From the IMG/VR virus record IMGVR_UViG_2541047873_000001: 64,000 bases of DNA; one strand, 5' to 3'. Below, one piece after another: positions 22,301-28,755 of the stretch. How positions within the stretch are numbered: the first letter of the stretch is position 1; the number at the start of each line of letters is the position of its first letter. The position numbers were made by a program, and so were the translations under genes. This stretch comes from a virus (Duplodnaviria; Heunggongvirae; Uroviricota; Caudoviricetes). The notes beneath the pieces were generated by a model that was not told the DNA's origin, searched no databases, and worked only from the letters and a program-made list of their open reading frames with translations.

Positions 22301-23172
22301 TGGCATACCGTTTATTCAAGGGCAGAATGAAAGCCTTTAGCAATATCGATGATATTGAACGGATGTTTAATCAGGTCAAGATCGCCAAAATTAAGACGAA
22401 GATCGAAAAAACACGTTCTGCGCTGGTGGCCTGGCGCGATGCATTGTTTGAGCAATATAAATCACTCAGTGATGCAGATGGATGGGCGGCATTGGAACAG
22501 TTGGCGAATAATGGGGTAGATGGAGCGAAACTCGCCATAGTCCAGGCTGATAACCCCCTGGAATCACCGGCAGCACAGTGGATTAAGGTGGGGGCTGTCA
22601 TCAATGCATTTGATGAAAAACACATTAGTAAGGACGATTTTGCTGATGCTGTTTCTGTTAATCGCCTGGTAGAAATGGCTACCCGCCGCGCCCGTGAGTT
22701 GAAAGACGGTGACTATGTGAATGAGTTGCCGGATGCGCTCAAATCAGCAACGTGGCAAGACTATGTATCGCTGAAAAACGGCGGGGCAACCGAATCAGAG
22801 ATCGCGGAAAGGCTTGAACAGGCTGAAAGCAAAAGAGAAGAGCAGGCGGCAGTGGCTGAAGCCAGAGCTGATGAAGCGGCGAATGATGACTATATCATTG
22901 TGGTTAATGATAAGCCGATTCGCGCTAAGGCGCGTGTTCGCGGGCGCTGGTGGAGTGTCAGCGAGGACGTCGGTGCGGTTTATCTCATTGCCGACCAACC
23001 TGGTTCCTCGACAATACGGAACGCCAAAGACGCGATTAAGAAGATTGGCGGGCGTTTCTGGAATTTTGAAGCAAACCCGGTTGCTGATGTGAACTTTGAC
23101 CGTCCTGCATGGATGGTATCTACGCGTTACTCGGTAGATGAACTGCGTAAAATAATCGCCGATGCGGCCTAA
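16321..23172 (+). CDS. darB: DarB-type antirestriction protein (N6-adenine methyltransferase plus DExH helicase)
   Basis: 2283 aa; SAM motif EPSAGTGIF and NPPF-like GNVPFG; Walker A GFGTGLGKTTTA and DEGHNYRN box. Start is uncertain (TTG at 16321 or 16336). Confidence 0.8.
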   Translation: MRGLPLDKIIDSISQATSIGALIEIVSRLHKPRAVVTFGVKKVDGVSIQKTRRTANNAAVDLLNSLPPGFDGAKLTDEQRQILAGYTGEGGLTDGEGSQYEYYTPQFMAEGIWDLFGDYGIDSGHVLEPSAGTGIFQETKRQGMIMTSAELSPISGRINQLLHPEDDVNIGAFEALAAKDAMYDHAVGNVPFGEGRSGVAGLDPAYANEKNVGNYFVLRTIDKVKPGGLIVLVVPNGMTDGTKYKKLRDKVSRKAEFLGAHRMPSGTFSESGTDTVVDVWVLRKHPETFLEMIPDTDDATLKSANVLWDTFLKGKWFTTEGKRFVYGDMERTSFRNTLVVKKDGRVSNESMKTALSRRFESRINWDLLGVTTQAWQGAKVGDKRLVGGIWHEFDGLKWVKDTTTKSSALDVSRYGVSTFGDLQIAFQSTNGILALSWDQISAIASDYPSVVSDEVAAMIRFAGKQREKDRERVMRGALIGQLINKALDLRNLGVNVDDKLADASRLAAAEVAKYGPPHAIKLNGLAEAGAKNWMTFTGNVKQDGSTSDLLAGRLDVTDGAAGIDFTRPEQVIAHLFSDVALNPITLGDFREAFAGELPEDDDAALEYLAKFDDIAIDGYGCLLPMDRATSGDIVTKTALLVGWRDASTGEQKANFERQLAKIEEKRIFTPLNKVTVNLNARWLDRRLIKEFLAEQGYDEFKYTEPDLKVVDGILVSPDDYEGKDGVFTGYQLRTVNGKNGNEFKKANNKDGFLNQLENYLNGVKPRGQNANEYLDKIAQLEVSFNDWLRTHPQADQIARDYNDAFNGFIPFTHSNAPLGLEGISGKRIPLTYQNEEVRRLSEDGRGIMGFGTGLGKTTTALALEAYNFETGRTKRTCIVVPKAVYQNWYHEAQSFYSADAFANMMFIGLDEVRDDSGNILTAPVLDENGEPRLDSNGQPLTRNVVKESASAVIVQRMNMIPSSNWRTVIMTKEQFASIPLREKTIEENSQQAVFNAVEMGRLDLASGKHRDAQKKNKIKDQAANTGTTKKQNIPYFEDMNFDSVIADEGHNYRNSFNAGREAGQLAYLPNPAVSKMARDMAVKAAYMMKRNNGRGVVMLTATPLVNSPIDAFNMLSTVIPQEEWMRMGIITPDDFVRVFGKTATVQVQKISGEVEEKQGLVGFQNLDGLRGIFHRWTTLKTAADVGATVKIPDIVENTLQIPMTGEQEAAYEELRKRAQELSSKDALTVDENGHITNEKPDDFIFSIIRDMDKVAIDPDLYASAITFQFPVELADKVKAIADALPKVAGGKVADDADEAEEDGAGGLVSTRTSKVVKTTFSEHPAHVEIRASIELEAEILKAIAAAGIDMQQVSHPIPPKYAALIENLREGLKNGKQIVFIDEKAQHQKLRRIIASALQMPEQEIGIINATTVSQAGGIKLKKVNKPTEPTPNKNGEYKEGAWETYYSKLAQYEDYLSAKNDAGLEGMEGIAADYNEGRTRIIICNKKAEVGINLHIGTTDIHHLTLPWTPASIDQRNGRGARVGSPQEKVNVHYYCGKGTFDDFRLDTLKRKKDWIKMVMTSDMSEIANGDADDADERAIMLAANPEERRAIMARQAQEREERLKLKAQREANNALDIYLKAANAAGKDIGMMETELKSAMEQIEYYQRNLDDLIKAGTNRNGQKFALEQLSSYRKRARVLRFAITRAKDADTIMKRSRGDVERAIKSGVLDISIDVIQNPQEYMRTDKNILLHKGSYYRAVIDDRETTAIVRVEKIDGEKAQYLCRIAWLDRASRYARSPGSIVTLPFDSVIEAVTFEEGVAESRATAARGVQCHQLSTILTRDQFYDAIRNGVMNVIAGKPGNAWGGGSAIKYWAYRTDDGQIALSSAYDGVIGQKIGRASDIAPERWIYPDGNDEALKREVAKIQASDNPLNIVDGEGFLQALYGYDYIQGMQAWGAQATMDDVVQEFENWMAGRGLSGRSLNKVTSEDILSLFRKPSGEGLESFWRTVLAYRLFKGRMKAFSNIDDIERMFNQVKIAKIKTKIEKTRSALVAWRDALFEQYKSLSDADGWAALEQLANNGVDGAKLAIVQADNPLESPAAQWIKVGAVINAFDEKHISKDDFADAVSVNRLVEMATRRARELKDGDYVNELPDALKSATWQDYVSLKNGGATESEIAERLEQAESKREEQAAVAEARADEAANDDYIIVVNDKPIRAKARVRGRWWSVSEDVGAVYLIADQPGSSTIRNAKDAIKKIGGRFWNFEANPVADVNFDRPAWMVSTRYSVDELRKIIADAA

Positions 23173-23208
23173 CAGATAAGGAGCGGCCCCAACCGGGGCC
23201 GAATTTGA

Positions 23209-23643
23209 ATGACGACATTAATTGACACTGTAAAACCGACGGAATCCTACCTTGAGGACATTTTGCCGCAGGCGCTCAATGGCAGGAGTGAAGAGGCGTT
23301 TCTGGATGCATATCTGGATGGCATGGCGGAAAGGCTGAAAAGAGATCCACAGCTTTATCATCTTTATGGGCCGTGGTGGCCTGCGCTTAAAACGTTATTG
23401 CTGGAGCGTGGCGACATATCATTTGGACAAGTTGTAGATAGTGATGTGGCAGAAATCTACAAAATGAGTCGCCCGGCGCTTACGGTTTTAGCCGGGCATC
23501 TGTATTCGAGCGATCGCCTGGAAAATGACGCGGTATACAATCCCGTTCATGCTCTGGAAGTCGCGCCTTATGCTGATGATACAGAGCCATACGTATACAC
23601 AAGTTACGACGAGTCTATAGAGAAATATCGAATCGTGGGGTAG
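23209..23643 (+). CDS. Hypothetical protein
   Basis: 144 aa with RBS, directly after darB. Confidence 0.4.
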   Translation: MTTLIDTVKPTESYLEDILPQALNGRSEEAFLDAYLDGMAERLKRDPQLYHLYGPWWPALKTLLLERGDISFGQVVDSDVAEIYKMSRPALTVLAGHLYSSDRLENDAVYNPVHALEVAPYADDTEPYVYTSYDESIEKYRIVG

Positions 23644-23645
23644 CC

Positions 23646-23906
23646 ATGCGGAAGAATCGTAGGTTTACGATCGACGACTTAAAAGCGTACTCACAAGGGA
23701 AGGGATACGCCCTTGAATACCACCGTTATAAGCGGGTATTTACCCTGCGGCATATAGAAAACCCTTCGAAATGGGGATGGATTTATTTTCCGCACACTGA
23801 CGATAAGCTGGTGGGACTTGTTGATGATTTATCCTATGAAGGATGGATGATTGCTATCGACAAGGCGGTTACGGAAATTAACGAACCTGATAAAATAAAC
23901 CATTAA
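23646..23906 (+). CDS. Hypothetical protein
   Basis: 86 aa, tightly coupled to the upstream ORF. Confidence 0.4.
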   Translation: MRKNRRFTIDDLKAYSQGKGYALEYHRYKRVFTLRHIENPSKWGWIYFPHTDDKLVGLVDDLSYEGWMIAIDKAVTEINEPDKINH

Positions 23907-24080
23907 AAATAACAAGTTGGGTAAATGACATACAATTTACCCGGCTTGTTGACCCGCATCACCATTTACTCTAAAAACAAGTCCGACCTGTTGCATCCGC
24001 CTATCTCTTCAGTAGTATTCCCCTCGGTTTTGATAAAACTAACGCTCTTGTTATTATCGTGTTCATGATTTCAGGAAGTT

Positions 24081-24094
24081 TGTGTTAGAAATTT
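24081..24094. promoter_or_regulatory. Operator-like site (TGTGTTAGAAATTT)
   Basis: Reverse-orientation copy of the dispersed motif, overlapping the start region of the VRR-NUC gene. Confidence 0.5.
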
Positions 24095-24095
24095 G

Positions 24096-24539
24096 ATGCG
24101 AAGACGCAGGCATCATAGTGCGTATTCTGAAATATCCCCGCACGCTGCTGCACTGAGAGAGTTAGAAAGAAATCCTGACTTATTAAAACGGAATTACGAA
24201 CATTACGAACAGGTTCGCGTTCTGGATTGGCTGTATCGCAACATGCGATACGTGTATGAGCACACACACTCAACACCGAACGGCGGCCTGAGAGGCAAAA
24301 GGACAGCCATTAAGATGGTGGCAGAAGGTCAGAAGAAGGGCTATCCGGACCTTTCTATTGACCTTGCTCGTGGTGGGTATCACGGAATGCGCATTGAGAT
24401 GAAGCACGGGAGAAACCGTCTGACTCCCGAACAGCTCGTCTGGATGACTCGCCTCACGGAAGCAGGCTATTACTGCTTTGAGGCGCGCAGTGCCGATGAA
24501 GCCATAAAAGCTATCACGGAATATGTAAATCTTGATTAA
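24096..24539 (+). CDS. VRR-NUC domain nuclease
   Basis: GYPDLSI...GMRIEMKHGRNRLTPEQLVWM matches the VRR-NUC PD-(D/E)xK signature. Confidence 0.6.
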   Translation: MRRRRHHSAYSEISPHAAALRELERNPDLLKRNYEHYEQVRVLDWLYRNMRYVYEHTHSTPNGGLRGKRTAIKMVAEGQKKGYPDLSIDLARGGYHGMRIEMKHGRNRLTPEQLVWMTRLTEAGYYCFEARSADEAIKAITEYVNLD

Positions 24540-24553
24540 ACGGAGAAATCGTT

Positions 24554-24754
24554 TTGCGTTTACTTAACGTGGCTGAACTTATCCCTGCCGGTGCTAACGT
24601 TGTTGCTCGTCGCTGCTCATGGCCTCATTCTTTCTGTATAGAGCTTAAAAAGATGGATGATGGGGCATTAGAAGCCCGAAACATAGTTACCGGCGACAAG
24701 GTATGCATTACCCCGGAAAGCGCGAAAGCCAATGATTGGGAGTTTGTTCATTGA
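24554..24754 (+). CDS. Small DUF2829-like (Tad2-like) protein
   Basis: 66 aa, AELIPAGANVVARRCSW...AKANDWEFV; TTG start with GGAG RBS (GTG at 24569 is an alternative). Confidence 0.4.
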   Translation: MRLLNVAELIPAGANVVARRCSWPHSFCIELKKMDDGALEARNIVTGDKVCITPESAKANDWEFVH

Positions 24755-25062
24755 GCAGAAAACACCACGTAAATCTGACGTTTGCTGATGACGCCGGAAG
24801 AACCAGAAGCATAACCATGAAAGTTGCTTCCAGGAAAGTAACCGCGCCACTTATACGAGAGGCCGTAAGTGAACTTGATATGAGTGAGAATGCAGCTCTG
24901 TTATCGGTAAGCTGGCTGGGGAAAATGACGGATCAGGAATACTCGGATGGTATACCCCACGGTGAGCGGCAGATAGTAAAGCGCGCGTTTAGAATTTCAG
25001 AGGTAGTTGTCGTACTGATAGCTTTGATTTATATGGCATACATGCTACTCCAACACGTCTAA
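24736..25062 (+). CDS. Hypothetical protein with C-terminal TM anchor
   Basis: 108 aa; C-terminal VVVLIALIYMAYMLL hydrophobic helix. Confidence 0.35.
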   Translation: MGVCSLSRKHHVNLTFADDAGRTRSITMKVASRKVTAPLIREAVSELDMSENAALLSVSWLGKMTDQEYSDGIPHGERQIVKRAFRISEVVVVLIALIYMAYMLLQHV

Positions 25063-25073
25063 ACGGTCATAAA

Positions 25074-25097
25074 CCCGCCAGTTGGCGGGTTTTTTTG
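25074..25097 (+). terminator. Rho-independent terminator
   Basis: cccgccagttggcggg hairpin plus a T8 run. Confidence 0.7.
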
Positions 25098-25135
25098 TTG
25101 CCTGAGTCTTTTTATTGAAATTGCATACTAATAAA

Positions 25136-25153
25136 ATATGTTAGAAAACTAAT
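25136..25153. promoter_or_regulatory. Operator-like site (ATGTTAGAAAACT)
   Basis: Motif copy ~20 bp upstream of the 402-aa gene. Confidence 0.45.
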
Positions 25154-25172
25154 TTCAAGAAAGGGAACAAAC

Positions 25173-26381
25173 ATGAGTCAGCAAGTAGAATCATCAAGCC
25201 TGGAGATCATCTCAACCGCAATTGAAACGCTGCGGACACAAATCGCGCTTATACAGAAACGAAATCCGGGCGATGACCTGTCAAAGCGACTGCATGAGAG
25301 CGTCATTGCCACTACAGATAACCTGGTGGCGGAAATCAACCAGCTCCTTGATGATGGGGCAGTTGATTACAATAAGCTGGTGGATCAGTTTGAGGAATAT
25401 CAGCAAGCCGTTAATGATGGCTTGATCCGTTTTTCTCAAGTCACTGGTGTATCAGCGACAGTTGAAAGCCTGGGGGATGCAGTTAATCAATTTGCCGCGA
25501 ATATGCGTAATGAGATCGGCAATCTGGAGGCGCGTCTTGAGCAGGCAAATACACTGCGCAAATCTGCTGAAGTCGATTTGAGTCGTTACAAAAAAGACTA
25601 TCCGCCAAGCCTGACAAAACGACTGGATGTTGCGGAGAAAGATAACCGCACGCTGAAAAGAGAGCGTCGGGAACTAAAAGAGCGTTTAACCAAGCTAAAT
25701 CAGCAATGCGTTGAGTATCAAGGCGAACTCGTCACACTGCGTAAAAAGTTAGCAGCGGCGCAGAGCATTATTGAAACATTGAAACGAGAGTGCTCAGAGC
25801 TTGGTCATGATCTGAATCGCGCCTGTGGCATGGGGCAAAGGCCAGAGACATTCCCGCTAATGTATGACGGAAGAGAAGCTATTGCCTATATCCATGAGTT
25901 TCCGCATGGTCTGGTCGCGGAGACTGGGCAACGTGGCGAAGCGTTGCTGACGGCAAATTACCATCAGCAAATCAGAACCAGCCGCCTGCTGACGATGGAT
26001 GTGATCCCGTCAGTATGGGGAACGCCGCTTTACTACCGAATTCCTGGCTTCGAAACTGACTGGAATACCGACATAGACGAATGTCTGGCAGATAAAATTA
26101 TGGCGTACCTTGAAACGGATTTTCCACGCTTGCATCGCCGGATTATGGACTCTAAGGATGCACCGATCGACGAATTGAAAATGCGTCCAGAGACGTTGGA
26201 GGCAATCAAGCAGACTGAGTTTGATACAGTGTTCAGTGTGGCCTGCATTCCAAGCAGCTTTCATGAAAGCATTCCGTTCATGCAGGGCGATCGCCGTCAG
26301 GAAATAATTGATGCTTGCCGGGTATGGGCGAACGAGTGGGATAAGAAGAACGGTGGAGTTGAAAATCTTTACGGGAAATAA
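25173..26381 (+). CDS. Coiled-coil protein of unknown function, bracketed by operator sites
   Basis: 402 aa; long coiled coil (residues ~100-210) and a globular C-terminus; good RBS. Confidence 0.5.
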   Translation: MSQQVESSSLEIISTAIETLRTQIALIQKRNPGDDLSKRLHESVIATTDNLVAEINQLLDDGAVDYNKLVDQFEEYQQAVNDGLIRFSQVTGVSATVESLGDAVNQFAANMRNEIGNLEARLEQANTLRKSAEVDLSRYKKDYPPSLTKRLDVAEKDNRTLKRERRELKERLTKLNQQCVEYQGELVTLRKKLAAAQSIIETLKRECSELGHDLNRACGMGQRPETFPLMYDGREAIAYIHEFPHGLVAETGQRGEALLTANYHQQIRTSRLLTMDVIPSVWGTPLYYRIPGFETDWNTDIDECLADKIMAYLETDFPRLHRRIMDSKDAPIDELKMRPETLEAIKQTEFDTVFSVACIPSSFHESIPFMQGDRRQEIIDACRVWANEWDKKNGGVENLYGK

Positions 26382-26415
26382 TGTGTTAGAAAATTAAAAT
26401 TGTTTTTCTAACATA
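26382..26415. promoter_or_regulatory. Palindromic operator pair
   Basis: tgtgttagaaaattaaaattgtttttctaacata: perfect inverted half-sites gttagaaaa / ttttctaac. Confidence 0.6.
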
Positions 26416-26532
26416 TTGATTATGTAGTTAACTTAACATAGAATTTTTCGTGCTGGTGGGGAGCTTCCCATGTCGCTTGCGGGTTTGATAGTCACTTCAT
26501 TGTCTTTCCCCACCAGCATCAAACAATTTTAA

Positions 26533-26546
26533 GTGTTAGAAAGTAA
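26533..26546. promoter_or_regulatory. Operator-like half-site (GTGTTAGAAAGT)
   Basis: Motif copy 120 bp downstream of the palindromic pair. Confidence 0.4.
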
Positions 26547-27726
26547 ATTTTAAGGTAAGGGAAAGCTCCGGCACCGTGCAAATACATGCCCGGCAGGTTT
26601 AGTGCGTAAAGTGGTTTCAGCGAGAGCATTTTACGGAGTAAACGACAGTGACTTGAGCCACGGAAGGTCTTTTTATGGTGTTCATTGATGATGATCTGGC
26701 AGTGAGTATGTTAAGTGGGCCAGGCTGCATCGGGTCATCATCAGTGCACATCCTCAACGTTAAGGAGGCGCAGAGTTGGGTTTTCCTCTTATTTTGCTGA
26801 CTCTGAGTCTCCTTAACGTTGCGGTAATGCACCTATGCGGATGTGGCCTTGCATTGTGTCTTGAAAGAATGGGGTAAGGCCGGGGATATTCCCAGGGGGA
26901 GGCACCCCCGCTGCAACGAACAGCCATAGACGGCAGTCGAGTGATGAAAACGTGAAAAGACTTTAAACCTCGTTACGGCTGGCGTGGCAAACGCGACAAC
27001 CGGGATAGGACGGTGACGGGCGGAGAGAGAGCCGCTTCAAGATAAAAGCCGACTATGGATTCCTTTCTGCGGGCCTTTGAAAGTGAATCTTGCTCAGGCA
27101 GTCGGCTTTTATGTTGATACGTAGCGATAACCGCGACAGGCGCGGCGGTAAGTATGGCGGGGTTATTCCTTCCCCGTTGAGGACACCGAGTTGCCAGGTT
27201 GACCATACGCCTAAGTGGCAATACCGCGAGTGGGATATTTGCCCACCTTCGGGTGGGTGTTTTTTCAGTGTTTTCGTCATGGTTAGCGACTTTGCGGCGG
27301 TTTAGAACCCGACCATTAAAGTAAATGCAAACGATGATCTGATGATGGTAGCGGCCTAAGAAGCCTGACGCCACGGGGTATGAGTCGTCCCCCGTCAAAA
27401 AATCGACCGCAGAGTGTCCCCGTCTGTGTATTAGGGAACGGGGAGGCATAACAGGCAAGGGCGCTGGTGTGATTAACCAGATGAATGAGAAGGGTCAGGT
27501 CTTTCTGGTCAGCGCCCTTACCTGTTACGTCCCTCCCGCGTAACAGCCATTGGTTAATGGCTTTCTGGGATAATGTCTTGTAACGGGTATATCCCGTCAT
27601 GCTGAAGGCGCTAATCACGCTGGAAGCCAGGGTTATGCATCCCCTGTTACCGAATTGCAGCCAGGGCGCGGTGCGCCGAAAAGCATACGGAGGTGGAAGC
27701 CCTCGCCGGAGACGTACCCGGCAAGT

Positions 27727-27803
27727 GATGGTGTAGCTCAGTAGGATAGAGCAGCAGCCTTCTAAGCTGTCGGTCGGTGGTTCGAATCCACCCACCATCG
27801 CCA
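27727..27803 (+). tRNA. tRNA-Arg (anticodon UCU)
   Basis: Hand-folded cloverleaf: acceptor gatggtg/caccatc, D arm gctc/gagc, anticodon loop cuUCUaa, T loop ggtgg-ttcgaat-ccacc, encoded CCA. Confidence 0.8.
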
Positions 27804-27808
27804 ATTTA

Positions 27809-27895
27809 GGGGAGTTAGTCCGTAGGGGTAGCGGGGTAGACTGTAAATCTACTGTCATTGCGACTCGGATGGTTCGACTCCATCACTCCCCACCA
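27809..27895 (+). tRNA. tRNA-Tyr (anticodon GUA), long variable arm
   Basis: Acceptor ggggagt/actcccc, anticodon arm gtaga-cuGUAaa-tctac, long variable arm, T arm gatgg-ttcgact-ccatc, CCA; resembles E. coli tRNA-Tyr. Confidence 0.7.
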
Positions 27896-27899
27896 AATT

Positions 27900-27975
27900 G
27901 CCGGTTTAGCTCAGTTGGTAGAGCGCCTGCCTTGTAAGCAGGATGTCAGCGGTTCGAGTCCGTTAACCGGCACCA
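27900..27975 (+). tRNA. tRNA-Thr (anticodon UGU)
   Basis: Acceptor gccggtt/aaccggc, D loop agctcagttggtagagc, anticodon arm cctgc-cuUGUaa-gcagg, T loop ttcgagt, CCA. Confidence 0.85.
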
Positions 27976-27983
27976 ACACAACA

Positions 27984-28056
27984 GGTAAGGGTATTTTGCG
28001 ACGTCGGAGATCGCCGAGCTTGGCAGAGGGTTCGAATCCCTACGAAGTACCCTTAC
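27984..28056 (+). other. tRNA-like element or pseudo-tRNA (T arm plus 10-bp terminal stem; no anticodon arm, no CCA)
   Basis: ggtaagggta...tacccttacc terminal helix encloses a gggttcgaatccc T-arm-like hairpin; too short for a complete tRNA. Confidence 0.25.
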
Positions 28057-28163
28057 CGTTGTGATGAATGCACAGGCTGATGTGCCGCAACTACAGTAGT
28101 GCGCGCTTTGCGGGGCTTGCTACAACCCTGTGTCGGAGTTCAGCACCGACCATCACAATCACT

Positions 28164-28250
28164 GGAGAGTAGGGAGCATGGTGCTCAAGCGGTCTTGAAA
28201 ACCGTCCCATTGCGCAAGCGATGATGGTTCGATTCCATTACTCTCCGCCA
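28164..28250 (+). tRNA. tRNA-Ser (anticodon UGA), type II
   Basis: Acceptor ggagagt/actctcc, anticodon arm gcggt-cuUGAaa-accgt as in E. coli tRNA-Ser(UGA), long variable arm, T loop ttcgatt, CCA. Confidence 0.7.
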
Positions 28251-28679
28251 GCGCAACGTTAAGAGTATTTGGCTAATTAAGCGAATGCCGGAAGCAGAAC
28301 CGGATCACCAAATGCGTACAGGCGTCATCGCCGCCCAGTCAGCCAAATGCTCTTACCATTGCGGTGAATGCGGCTAAGCGCACGCGGAACAGTTAAAACA
28401 GTAAAGGTGGTCTTTTTACTGGCGTAACGAGAATCCATAAGTGATCCGGCGTTAATTGTTAACTGGTTAACGTCACCGGGAGGCACCCGGCACCGCAACC
28501 TAACAGCAATGGCGTTTTGTCTTAAAAGGTGGCTGCAAGTGATGGATTTTTGGGCGTTTGCCGATAAAAACCCGGAGTGGACATTATTGTTTCTGCTGGT
28601 GGTTGCATACGGGGTAGAGCAAGCGGCAAAAGCCTTACGCGGTTCTGGCAAAAAGCGTAAGCGTAATTAACAGTAATCT

Positions 28680-28755
28680 GGCCCTTTAGCTCAGTGGTTA
28701 GAGCGGGCGACTCATAATCGCACGGTCACCGGTTCAAGTCCGGTAGGGGCCACCA
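28680..28755 (+). tRNA. tRNA with CAU anticodon, most like tRNA-Ile2 (AUA-decoding); elongator Met not excluded
   Basis: Near-complete resemblance to E. coli ileX-type tRNA as I recall it (GGCCCUUUAGCUCAGUGGUUAGAGC...CUCAUAAUCGC...GGUUCAAGUCC...GGGGCCACCA). Confidence 0.8.

Noticed and set aside
16640-22625. Many 60-230-aa ORFs on the minus strand inside darB (for example 17658..18227, 19285..19842, 19950..20636, 21016..21612).
   Set aside because: They lie antisense within a single long, motif-supported 2283-aa gene and lack independent RBS or motif support; typical antisense artefacts.
26973-27858. Long minus-strand ORFs (161 and 180 aa) in the RNA island.
   Set aside because: They overlap tRNA-Arg and the strong hairpins and show no RBS or protein-like features; GC-rich noncoding DNA generates long open frames by chance.
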